Assembly: GCA_044376115.1 (NCBI GenBank)
Contig: JBILLK010000024.1
Span: 96,001 to 160,000 of the forward strand
DNA from: Polyangiaceae bacterium
GTDB lineage: Bacteria; Myxococcota_A; Polyangia; Polyangiales; Polyangiaceae
Length of the DNA stretch: 64,000 nucleotides
Direction: 5' to 3'
Position numbers and translations under genes: made by a program. Numbering within the stretch: position 1 is the first letter of the stretch; each line of letters begins with the position of its first letter. The notes under the pieces were generated by a model. That model ran no database searches. It saw only the letters and a list, made by a program, of their open reading frames with translations, and was not told where the DNA came from. Below are positions 22,201 to 30,451 of the stretch, piece after piece.

Positions 22201-22830
22201 ACAGACGGCGGCGTTGGGGTCGTTGGTTGCAACGCAGGCGTTGCCAGCGGCGTTGAGATTGCCGCAGTCCTCCTCATACTCCTGAGGGAACTGACAACTC
22301 GTGTTTGGTGCGACCAAAAAGCAGTCTTTGGTACCGCGCCCGCCGTTACCAAAGTGTGCACCTCCGCCGCCTGAGTCGAGCACCGAGCAGCCACCGCGCC
22401 CGCCCGAGAGCCCCGGCCCCTCCCCTTCGTTGCAGACGAACGCGCGATACCCATTGCCCTTGGCCGTTATGCGGCTACTCGCATCGACCACGATGGTCGT
22501 CAGACTCTTGAGCACCAGGTTGCCCGTGTTGACTTCGTCCACGCCGTTGTACGGCGGCACGCAGAGGGTCGCCCCGTTCTGCAACGTGATCGCATCGAAC
22601 TCGTGCTCGCCGCCGTAAAGGCAACCGCGATTGGCCGCTGCTGTCGCATTGACCTGGCAGCTCGAATCAACCGGCGTTCCGCCCGGGCAATTGGCGGGCC
22701 CCGCGACCGCCCCGTCGATCGTAAGCGGTACGGCGCTTGCGGTCCCAGAGAACCCAAGCAGCACACCAAGAACCAGCCACGAATACAGGCCTAGCCAGAC
22801 AAAACCACGCGCCAGATCGGAAGTTCGCAT
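19252..22830 (-). CDS. Large surface protein: Gly-rich N-terminal domain, vWA domain, Cys-rich repeats, MYXO-CTERM
   Basis: Signal peptide; MIDAS residues VDTSGSM...GPTP...LLTDG; five E.C[DN]..D[DN]D repeats; C-terminus GGGGCST...WLLLAVLGLALARKR. Confidence 0.88.
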   Translation of the reverse strand: MRTSDLARGFVWLGLYSWLVLGVLLGFSGTASAVPLTIDGAVAGPANCPGGTPVDSSCQVNATAAANRGCLYGGEHEFDAITLQNGATLCVPPYNGVDEVNTGNLVLKSLTTIVVDASSRITAKGNGYRAFVCNEGEGPGLSGGRGGCSVLDSGGGGAHFGNGGRGTKDCFLVAPNTSCQFPQEYEEDCGNLNAAGNACVATNDPNAAVCYGTTNVNGAGNGLPSVAGQSFEHSIYDIEFGAAGGDKGCRDGFDNALRAGRGGGRIVLFAANAAQNGSISIAGKVNADGHRGCSSGNDSAGGGAGGSILIVADQITVDATARISAHGGRGGDSQPKCLPCTTNAQCQAGQTCQAGRCGPCNCTPCTSNAQCETLLGQTCKNLGGDLGNVCADAADQCSPFDPGENERECVGTQNNGTCDDCAGGGGGGIINLQSRSSDIDPLAIFNVRGAPGGICPICAGEAGGGAGELQIDGGYIGEVCDGYDNDFDGQVDENLGVQICPDGSTINACAGGVPLLCDYSDPTPCLVQATDARPRFTLVVDTSGSMLNDIGGNPTFGDGSVLFPGVDTASDADSVAGNNSRLFIAKRALTSVLSAFPESDFALARYYQDVGVNRSCQTASNFECAASCCSYDDPTDNLVPGYPSNYPDNTCVLSSIYPGAGYPATPTFTGNISIDWAAEGIEEPPTSDCINYAGSCGPPRRGAQVLVGFNESINRYLDWLDGVEDNDATFDSGILSADHCPTGNCELRGTGPTPLGSSLEATYDFLTPVVSCDTAKDCRSYSVILLTDGAESCGDNPVASAAALLAGISGKPVQTYVIGFSVLASEQTQLNAIAAAGGTTQAFFVSSENELANALATIIGANQKFELCNDLDDDCDTLVDEDFPEKGLPCTDGELGICLGIGEFVCKADGSGTECQITNPGGVPGMEICNQLDDDCDGLVDEDDAGLPLPCPNCVPGTEICDGLDNDCDLAIDEQGDVETNQPDIFGQPCGVLTPPNDQAPCQLGTVVCINAGPLCIGFQGPGNEICNGEDDDCDGIADDLAPCPGKTQCVEAQCVAPCQSGEFPCPNGFECQQGFCFPISCNGVVCEPGEVCEGGVCIDAAGGGGQGGMGGSGTGGAFSGGNNAGGSAGSSQSAGGGEGGSGGEGGIGAKGNWGLATGGGGCSTSPTGDNKFGWLLLAVLGLALARKRGGR

Positions 22831-22924
22831 CGGGTTGGAGCTCCTAGCGCGAGGCTATCCGATGTCCGAAGATTTGCGCTCGGTACGCATTCATCGAATT
22901 GCAAAAACGTGTGAGAATGCACAC

Positions 22925-23878
22925 ATGCGCGCCGCTATAGCTGTTCTCCTGCTCGCCTCCGCTTGTGCCAACGGCGGAACGATCCCACCCGGAGACGGTG
23001 GTGGCAGCAGCTCCTCGGAGGGGACGGGCGCCGCGACGAGTTCGAGTGGTGGCGGGGGAGAGAATGGCACTGGGGCCGGCGTCGCGAACGGAGGTGCCCC
23101 GTCTTCGGGCGGAGGCGGCGCGATCGGCAACGGCGGCTCGGCGGCAGGCGGCGCACCCAGCGGTGGAGGCGGCATGGGTGGCTCCATGCAGGGCCCCTTC
23201 TGTGGGGACGGTCAAACCGAAGGCGCAGAAGAGTGCGACGACCAAGACACCGCCAACGGAGACGGCTGCAGTTCCGCTTGCATCATAGAAGACGGCTTCA
23301 CCTGCGCTGGAGAACCCAGCGTCTGTACGCCCGTCGCCACCGAGCAGGTGATCACAGTCGGACCTGGGCTGAACCTCTCGATTCCGGATAACGGTTATTC
23401 AGGGGCGATCAACTCGATGGCCTGCGCCACGCTCAATGTGCCTTCGGTCGCCAACAACACGATCAGCGCAATCGAGGTCGAGGTCGGAGCGATTCACGGC
23501 TACGTGGGTGACCTCGTGTTCAAGTTGGTGAGCCCAGCGAATACCGTGATCACCTTGGTGAGTCGCCCCGGAGGCACCGAGCTCCTCGATGACGGCAGCG
23601 AGCTCATCTTCAATGGAGGCGAGCTCGTAGCGAGTAGCCCCATCACCTTCGTTACCGGCGCCGCGACGAGCGCCGAGCAAATGGGCGTCAACACCAGCGT
23701 CATCTGTCTCGACAATGGCATCTGTGACTTCGCGCCGAACAATGGCGCAGCCGCCCCAGGCAATCTCACGACGTTGAACGGTCAATCGGGTGCAGGCGCG
23801 TGGAAGTTCTGCGCAGGTGATAGCGCCGCATCGGACGCGGGGTCGATCGACAAGGTTGTGCTGACGATTGCGCACTGA
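22925..23878 (+). CDS. Lipoprotein with Myxococcus Cys-rich repeat (DUF4215-like) and proprotein-convertase P-domain
   Basis: LASAC lipobox; CGDG...EECDD...GDGCSSAC; IPDN...HGYVGDL...LVSP...GAWKF...D.GSI. Confidence 0.8.
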   Translation: MRAAIAVLLLASACANGGTIPPGDGGGSSSSEGTGAATSSSGGGGENGTGAGVANGGAPSSGGGGAIGNGGSAAGGAPSGGGGMGGSMQGPFCGDGQTEGAEECDDQDTANGDGCSSACIIEDGFTCAGEPSVCTPVATEQVITVGPGLNLSIPDNGYSGAINSMACATLNVPSVANNTISAIEVEVGAIHGYVGDLVFKLVSPANTVITLVSRPGGTELLDDGSELIFNGGELVASSPITFVTGAATSAEQMGVNTSVICLDNGICDFAPNNGAAAPGNLTTLNGQSGAGAWKFCAGDSAASDAGSIDKVVLTIAH

Positions 23879-23895
23879 ACGGCTAGCCTTCGCGC

Positions 23896-25530
23896 ATGCT
23901 GCCGATGACGCATGTGGCCGAGCAACTCGGCCTTACCAGCGATGATCTAATTCCCTTCGGCCGAGACAAGGCCAAGCTCAGCAGCGCGGTGCTCAGCCGT
24001 CCCCGCGCAAGTGAAACGCCAGCCAAATTCATCCTGGTATCGGCCATCACGCCCACCCCCGCTGGCGAGGGCAAAACCACGACGACGATCGGCTTGGCCG
24101 ACGCCCTCAGGCTGGCTGGGCATCGAGCAGCGGCGGTGTTGCGTGAGCCCTCGCTGGGGCCGTGTTTCGGCGTGAAGGGCGGCGGCACTGGCGGGGGTCG
24201 CAGCAGGTTGCAACCAACCGACGATATCAACCTTCACTTCACCGGGGACTTCCACGCCATCACCAGCGCACACAACCTGCTGTCCGCGGCGATCGACAAC
24301 GAGCTCCATTTCGGCGGGCAGCTCGGGCTCGACTCAAGGCGCATCGTTTGGAAACGCGCGCTCGACATGAATGATCGCAGCCTGCGTCAGATCAACGTTG
24401 GACTCGGCGGTGACACCGGGGGAATTCCGCGGGAGACGGGCTTCGACATCACGGCGGCCTCGGAGTTGATGGCGATGCTTTGTTTGGCCGACGACGCGGA
24501 GGACCTGCGCGTTCGCATCGACCGCACGCTGATCGGCTTCACGCACAAGGGCGAGCCGGTGCTGGCGGGCAAGCTCGGCGTCACCGGCGCCATGTTGGCG
24601 CTGCTGCGCGATGCGCTTTTGCCCAACCTGGTGCAAACCGAGCATGGCACTCCGGCGATCGTTCATGGCGGCCCGTTCGCAAACATCGCGCACGGTTGCA
24701 ACAGCGTGATCGCGACGCGGGCAGGCTTGCAGCTCGCCGATTGGGTAGTAACCGAGGCCGGCTTTGGCTTCGATCTCGGCGCAGAGAAGTTCTTCGATAT
24801 CAAATGCCGTGGAGCCAACGTCGACCCGGACGCGGTGGTGCTCGTAGCAACCATCCGCGCGCTGAAGATGCACGGTGGCGTCGCACTCGATCGCATCAAC
24901 GATCCCGATCCCGGCGGGGTTCTGGCGGGGCTACCCAATCTCGAGAAGCACCTCGAGAACGTGGCGCACTTCAACAAGCGGGTCGTCGTCGCCATCAATC
25001 GCTTTGGCACCGACACCCCCGAGGAGATCGCCGTCGTACAAGAGGCCTGCGCCAAACGCGGCGTGCCGGTCGCGCTGTGTGAGCACTTCGCCCAGGGCGC
25101 CGAGGGCGCAGCTGAGCTCGCGCGCCACGTCGTCGAGCTTACGAGCCAGCCCAAACAGCCTTTCACTCCGCTCTATGAGCTAAGCCAATCGATCGAGGAG
25201 AAGGTCTTAGCAGTGGCTCGCAAGATGTATGGCGCGGAGGCAGTGAGCTTCACCAAGAGCGCCGAGCGTGATCTTCGCGAGATCAAAAAGCTCGGCTACG
25301 CGCACTTGCCCATCTGCGTAGCGAAGACGCAAAACTCGCTCTCCGACGACCCAAAGCTTCGCGGGCGCCCACAGGGTTTTACCGTCACTGTGCGCAACCT
25401 TCAGATCAGCGCTGGGGCCGGATTTATCGTGGTCTTGACCGGCGAGATCATGCGTATGCCCGGGCTTCCGCGGGTGCCGCAGGCGGTCAACATCAACCTG
25501 GTCGACGGGGTGATCGTCGGGCTCAAGTAG
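23896..25530 (+). CDS. fhs: Formate--tetrahydrofolate ligase
   Basis: ITPTPAGEGKTTTTIGL, LREPSLGP.FGVKGG, INLHFTGDFHAI, HGGPFANIAHGCNS, TEAGFG.DLGAEKF, MRMPGLP. Confidence 0.97.
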   Translation: MLPMTHVAEQLGLTSDDLIPFGRDKAKLSSAVLSRPRASETPAKFILVSAITPTPAGEGKTTTTIGLADALRLAGHRAAAVLREPSLGPCFGVKGGGTGGGRSRLQPTDDINLHFTGDFHAITSAHNLLSAAIDNELHFGGQLGLDSRRIVWKRALDMNDRSLRQINVGLGGDTGGIPRETGFDITAASELMAMLCLADDAEDLRVRIDRTLIGFTHKGEPVLAGKLGVTGAMLALLRDALLPNLVQTEHGTPAIVHGGPFANIAHGCNSVIATRAGLQLADWVVTEAGFGFDLGAEKFFDIKCRGANVDPDAVVLVATIRALKMHGGVALDRINDPDPGGVLAGLPNLEKHLENVAHFNKRVVVAINRFGTDTPEEIAVVQEACAKRGVPVALCEHFAQGAEGAAELARHVVELTSQPKQPFTPLYELSQSIEEKVLAVARKMYGAEAVSFTKSAERDLREIKKLGYAHLPICVAKTQNSLSDDPKLRGRPQGFTVTVRNLQISAGAGFIVVLTGEIMRMPGLPRVPQAVNINLVDGVIVGLK

Positions 25531-25555
25531 GGCTACCTGCCGGGCCTTCGGCGGC

Positions 25556-26938
25556 TCAACGAGCCTTGCGCCGTCGTTGGGAGGCTGCGGCTAACGCAAG
25601 CAGCGAAAGCCAACCGAGGCCACCAGACGATCGCGAAGCGGGTGTTTGCACGGCGCAGCTTGAAGCGCTGGCTTGAGCGTCACCACCACCGTTGCCGCCG
25701 GCGTCGGGACCCGCGCCTTCACCACTCGCGCCGGCTTCTCCCCCCGAGCCGTTCGTGCTTCCGCCGGCTCCGCTCGGATCAGCAACGACCTGAAAGGTGA
25801 ACGCTATTGCGTTATCCGGCGGACCAGCCTGATCACCGAACCAAGCCACCGACTCTTCGACCAGACCAAAGTGCTCGGTGTAGGTACCGGGCTCGGTGGG
25901 CGCGACGAAGGTAAGGTCGAAGGTGTAGCTCTCACCGAGGGCGACCGGCGCGGAGACTGCGGCCAGGCGATTGTTGGCGGGCCAGCTAGCGTCGGCGAAC
26001 AGGCTCTCGCGATCGCGAGGCTCGGTCGTCGCGAGCTTGGTGGCGGGGCCCCAGGTGGTACCGCCCGTGTTGGTGACCGCGATCGATACCGAGAAGGACT
26101 CCGAGGCGAGCACCGTCTTGGGCGCCGTCAAAGACTCCACGGAAGCGCCAAAACCTCCCTGACTCGCATAGGCGACGAGGTCTTCGTAGCTGCCCTTGAA
26201 TACGTTGGTATCCACGTTGCCGGCGATCCCCGCGACGGAGCCCGAGGAGGTGTATTGCCAGAGCAACCAATCACTCCATTGGTCCGCGATATTGGCGCAC
26301 GAGCCGCAGCCCGGCGGGGCTTCCGCGGGAGGCTGGCAAGCATTCGGATATTGAGCGTGCCATAGCGGATAGTCGGCGAAGTCACTGGAGGAGACGTTGT
26401 CCTGCCAAAAGTACTTGCCGGTGTAGATGATCGGCTTCTTACCGGTGCCCGATTCAACGATATCCATCCACGCAGCGATCGAATCGACGATGGCGGCCTT
26501 GTCGGTCAAACCACTCGTGGTCTCTACATCGATGACGACGGGTAGGTCCCCCGGGCCAAGTTTGCCCACCTTATCGACGACAATATTGGCTTGCGCCACC
26601 GGGTCGTCCCCTGGCTCGAAGTATTGGTACGCACCTCGGATTAACCCCACTTGCTTGATGCCGGCCCAGTTCGCGTCGAACTGCGGGTCCATGAAGTCAG
26701 CGTGGTTGATGCGCGTGATGGCGAAGGAGTAGCCATCCGAGGCGACCGCCTCCCAGTTGATGTTGCCCTGGTAGTAGGACACATCGATGCCGTAAACGAC
26801 CTGCTCGGGAGCACAGACCACGAGTGCGTCCTCGGTCACCGAGACGACCTCGCTCGACTCTGGCAACGACTCTTCGACCTCGCAGCCGTGCGCAGCCAAC
26901 GAAACGACGACCATGCTCACGAAGCAGCGGAATCGCAT
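25556..26938 (-). CDS. GH25 muramidase + Ig-like domain + MYXO-CTERM
   Basis: YGIDVSYYQG, RGAYQYF, VIDVE (DxE), WQYTSSG; Ig-like VTNTGGTTW...APTEPGTY; C-terminus SSCAV...WLSLLALAAASQRRRK. Confidence 0.9.
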   Translation of the reverse strand: MRFRCFVSMVVVSLAAHGCEVEESLPESSEVVSVTEDALVVCAPEQVVYGIDVSYYQGNINWEAVASDGYSFAITRINHADFMDPQFDANWAGIKQVGLIRGAYQYFEPGDDPVAQANIVVDKVGKLGPGDLPVVIDVETTSGLTDKAAIVDSIAAWMDIVESGTGKKPIIYTGKYFWQDNVSSSDFADYPLWHAQYPNACQPPAEAPPGCGSCANIADQWSDWLLWQYTSSGSVAGIAGNVDTNVFKGSYEDLVAYASQGGFGASVESLTAPKTVLASESFSVSIAVTNTGGTTWGPATKLATTEPRDRESLFADASWPANNRLAAVSAPVALGESYTFDLTFVAPTEPGTYTEHFGLVEESVAWFGDQAGPPDNAIAFTFQVVADPSGAGGSTNGSGGEAGASGEGAGPDAGGNGGGDAQASASSCAVQTPASRSSGGLGWLSLLALAAASQRRRKAR

Positions 26939-27039
26939 GCGTTCTATCTCCGCACGGTCGCCTCGAGATCTCAAGGGCGCAAGTGGCTGTCAGAAGGACA
27001 CAACGGCGTGGCCGCATTGGTGTAACGTCGAGTCACCGC

Positions 27040-28428
27040 ATGGCTGACGACAAGCCCAAGGATCGCCCCCCCACCTCCAGGCTCGGCCGCTTGGCCCGGC
27101 TCGCCGCTCTTGCGCCAAAGGGAATGCCGCTGGCGTTCGAAGGCGCCAAGCGGGCGCTCGGGATGCGCAACAAGGACGAGCCGCCGTCGGTTGAAGAAAA
27201 GCGTAAGGTCGCCGCAGACGCCAAAAAGGCTGCTGAAGCGCTGCTCAAGACGCTCGGAGAGATGAAGGGCCTGCCGCTGAAGGTTGGCCAGATGGTGAGC
27301 TACATCGATGGGCTTGCTCCGCCCGGCTACGAAGAGCGCTTCAAGGCCGAACTCAAGAAGCTGCTCGACAAGGCGCCACCGCTATCGCCCGAAGCCGCGG
27401 TCAAAGTCATCACGGAGGAGTTCGGTGCACCGCCGGATCAGGTCTTCGCCGAATGGGAGGCTGAGCCTTTCGCAGCGGCCAGCATCGGGCAGGTGCATCG
27501 CGCCAAGACGAAGGACGGCGCGACCGTTGCGGTGAAGGTTCAATACCCCGGCATCGACAAGGCGATCGAGGCGGACCTCAAGAGCATCCAGTTTTTTCAA
27601 AGCATGCTCTCGCCGGTGGCGAAGAAGATTCACAGCGCCCAAACGCTGGACGAGATCGGCAAGGTCTTCCGCGAAGAACTCGACTACGGGCTCGAGGCCT
27701 CGCGAGCCGACGCCTTCCGACGCATTCACGAGGGAGACAGCAACGTCGTCATCCCGCGGGTCTTTCACTCGTTGACCACCAAGCGCGTGCTCACCACCGA
27801 GCTGCTCGGTGGGCAGAGCTACGCGGACTTCGTCGCCTCGGCGTCCCAGGAAGATCGCAACGCGGCGGGGGTGACGATTTGGACCTTCACCTTCAAATCG
27901 CTGATGCAGTACGGGCACCTCTACGCCGATCCGCATCCGGGCAACTATCGTTTCCTCGGCGGCGGGAAGATCGGCTTCTTGGATTTCGGCTGCATCAAGC
28001 TGCTGCCGCCGGAGCTCGTGATGAGCATGAAGCGCTACATGATCGCGGCGCTCGACGAAGACTGGGTCGAGTTCGATCGAGCCTGCGTCGAAGTGCTCGG
28101 TTACGATCCAGAAGACGAGACGTGGGAGCTTTACCGTGGCTACACGCTCGAGCTGCTCGCCCCGTTGATGTCTCGTGAGATTTGGGTCTGCTCGCAGGAG
28201 AAAGCCCGCGAGACGGTCTCCTATCTTTCGCGCGGTATTCGAAAGATCGCGCTGAAAGACGGTGAACTTCCCAAGCTGCCGAAGGTGCCGAAGATGCCGC
28301 AGGACTTCACGTTCGTGAATCGGCTGCAGTGGGGCCTCGCAAGCGTCATGGCTGGGCTCGGAACTCACGCGCACTTTCGCCCGATGACGGAGCCCTGGAT
28401 TCGAAGCCCCGTCTTGCCGGCCCCCTGA
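27040..28428 (+). CDS. ABC1/UbiB/AarF family atypical kinase
   Basis: KVGQ, PFAAASIGQVHRA, VAVKVQYPG, EELDY, ADPHPGNY, LDFGC. Confidence 0.93.
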   Translation: MADDKPKDRPPTSRLGRLARLAALAPKGMPLAFEGAKRALGMRNKDEPPSVEEKRKVAADAKKAAEALLKTLGEMKGLPLKVGQMVSYIDGLAPPGYEERFKAELKKLLDKAPPLSPEAAVKVITEEFGAPPDQVFAEWEAEPFAAASIGQVHRAKTKDGATVAVKVQYPGIDKAIEADLKSIQFFQSMLSPVAKKIHSAQTLDEIGKVFREELDYGLEASRADAFRRIHEGDSNVVIPRVFHSLTTKRVLTTELLGGQSYADFVASASQEDRNAAGVTIWTFTFKSLMQYGHLYADPHPGNYRFLGGGKIGFLDFGCIKLLPPELVMSMKRYMIAALDEDWVEFDRACVEVLGYDPEDETWELYRGYTLELLAPLMSREIWVCSQEKARETVSYLSRGIRKIALKDGELPKLPKVPKMPQDFTFVNRLQWGLASVMAGLGTHAHFRPMTEPWIRSPVLPAP

Positions 28429-28438
28429 GGGTTGGCCG

Positions 28439-29191
28439 CTAACGGCCCGAGAGGAAGCGGAGCCGTTGGAATAGCGCATCCGGCAGACTGCGCACCCCCA
28501 ACATGATCGGCGCCCAAAACCAAGGCACGTACACGTCGTCCGGGCCGCGGTCACGAGCCGCCAAGATCGTCTTCGCTACGTCGTTGGGCTGGGCGAAGAG
28601 AACGTTCTTGCGATGGGAGCGGGTCATCGGCGTATCCACCGGTCCCAGCCGAATGGTCACCACGCGCACACCGCAGGGGGCCAGGCGAGAGCGCACGCCC
28701 TGCAGGTAGATGGCGAGCCCTCCTTTGGCAGCACCGTACGTGTAGTTGCGCGGCCTTCCGCGATCTCCGGCGACCGAGCCGATCACCGTAAGTGAGCCTT
28801 TCTGCTGGCTCTCGAGCAGGTTGGCCAGCGGGATTACGAAAGAGACGACGGACAACAGATTGACGACGAAAGCCTCCTCGGCCGCGGCAAAGGAGCGTTC
28901 AGTTTCCTGCTGATCCGGCAGCAGTCCGTGCGCGATGACGACCGAGTCGATCGAACCCAGCGCGGCTTGCGCCTGCGCGACCACGGTGGCGCTTTGCTCG
29001 AGCTCACGGAAGTCTCCAGCCGTAAAGCCGACGACCGACGCCCCGGCCGCAGCCACGACGGCGCGCAATTTCTCCGGGTCACGACCAACCAGAAAGAGCC
29101 GCTCGCCAAGAGCCGCGCACTCGCTGGCGAGCTCGCTGGCGATGGCTGAGGTTGCACCGATGATCAGCGTATTTTTCACGACGGTGGGCAT
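28439..29191 (-). CDS. SDR family oxidoreductase (DprE2-like)
   Basis: IIGATSAIA, GSVAGDRGR, YGAAK (YxxxK), GPVDTPMT. Confidence 0.9.
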   Translation of the reverse strand: MPTVVKNTLIIGATSAIASELASECAALGERLFLVGRDPEKLRAVVAAAGASVVGFTAGDFRELEQSATVVAQAQAALGSIDSVVIAHGLLPDQQETERSFAAAEEAFVVNLLSVVSFVIPLANLLESQQKGSLTVIGSVAGDRGRPRNYTYGAAKGGLAIYLQGVRSRLAPCGVRVVTIRLGPVDTPMTRSHRKNVLFAQPNDVAKTILAARDRGPDDVYVPWFWAPIMLGVRSLPDALFQRLRFLSGR

Positions 29192-29289
29192 ATCGGCGTC
29201 CGCGAAGGTGCACAAGCCAAGGACTTCAAGGAATGTTGTGCTAAGGTTCTGACGAAGGTTAGATTCGACAATCTCGAAGCGTTGTTCCT

Positions 29290-29655
29290 ATGTCGTTCCG
29301 CAAACCAATGACGCCTCGGTCGCTCGTGAGCATGGGGCGACGCCTGCTAACCAGCTGGTTTGGCGTCGTTGCGGCCTTGCTCGTCCTCGCCTTTTCGGGC
29401 GTGCCAGCGGTGGCGGCGGCTGCGCTTGCGGAGACCTCTACCTTTGCCTCGGGCAACCAGGAGGAGCAGCTCGAGGAGGCCGAAGCCAAGAGCACGGGTG
29501 CGCGGGCCTCCGCCACGGCGGTGCGCCGGCCCAAGCCCGCTCAGCTGGATCGAACCTTTTCTGACCACTTTCGGCGGCAACATGCGGACGCTCCGCCAGA
29601 GGCCACCTGCTTTGTCCCGCCTCAACGCAAGACACTGCTGCGCTGGCTGAATTGA
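29290..29655 (+). CDS. Small hypothetical exported or membrane protein upstream of carbonic anhydrase
   Basis: Hydrophobic segment WFGVVAALLVLAFSGV, acidic stretch, C-terminus FVPPQRKTLLRWLN. Start uncertain. Confidence 0.55.
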   Translation: MSFRKPMTPRSLVSMGRRLLTSWFGVVAALLVLAFSGVPAVAAAALAETSTFASGNQEEQLEEAEAKSTGARASATAVRRPKPAQLDRTFSDHFRRQHADAPPEATCFVPPQRKTLLRWLN

Positions 29656-29750
29656 GCTGAGCGGCTAGTAACCGCGCCCAAGCTAGAGCCAATTCGCCAG
29701 GGATATTGCGCGCGTCTGTTGAAGGCGCCACCGCACGGAGTGTATTGCCA

Positions 29751-30434
29751 ATGCAGAAGTTGATAGACGGGTTCCACAAGTTCCAATCCGAGGTGTATGG
29801 GCCGCGACGAGACTTCTTCGAGGCTCTCGCTGATGGGCAGCGGCCGGAGACACTTTTCATCACGTGCAGTGACAGTCGGATCAACCCCAACCTGCTGACC
29901 CAGTCGGATCCGGGGGAGCTCTTTATCCTGCGTAACGCTGGCAACATCATTCCGGCGTACTCCCCAGTCGGAAGTGGCGAAGCGGCAACCATCGAGTTCG
30001 CGGTGCAAGGATTGGGCGTCCAGCACATCGTCGTGTGTGGCCACACCCAATGCGGCGCGATGAAAGCGCTACTTAAGCCGGAGATGGTCAAAGACTCACC
30101 AGCCGTGGCCTCGTGGCTTCAGCACGCAGAGGGAACGCGGCGCCACGTCAAAGACAATTACACCCACTTGAGCGGGGAAGCGCTTGAGACGGTGATGGTG
30201 GAGGAAAACGTGCTTTCACAACTTGAAGCGCTGCGAACCCACCCTGCGGTCCGTTCACGCCTCTCACGCGGGCAGCTCACGTTGCACGGCTGGGTTTACA
30301 AGATGGAAACGGGCGAAGCCTTCCACTTCAGTGATGCCTCAGGCCAGTTTGAGTCGTTCAACCAAAAGGTTGTGAGCCTACCCCAACAACGTCGAACGTC
30401 GGTGCGGCCCATGCGTTCGATCGTCGGCATTTGA
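29751..30434 (+). CDS. can: Beta-class carbonic anhydrase
   Basis: FITCSDSRI, RNAGNII, VCGHTQCGAM Zn ligands, LHGWVY. Confidence 0.95.
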   Translation: MQKLIDGFHKFQSEVYGPRRDFFEALADGQRPETLFITCSDSRINPNLLTQSDPGELFILRNAGNIIPAYSPVGSGEAATIEFAVQGLGVQHIVVCGHTQCGAMKALLKPEMVKDSPAVASWLQHAEGTRRHVKDNYTHLSGEALETVMVEENVLSQLEALRTHPAVRSRLSRGQLTLHGWVYKMETGEAFHFSDASGQFESFNQKVVSLPQQRRTSVRPMRSIVGI

Positions 30435-30451
30435 GCGCGAAGGATACAACC

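Noticed and set aside
28439..29191. Decaprenyl-arabinose pathway locus
   Set aside because: The SDR is DprE2-like, but no DprE1 or UbiA neighbour is present, so no specific function was assigned.
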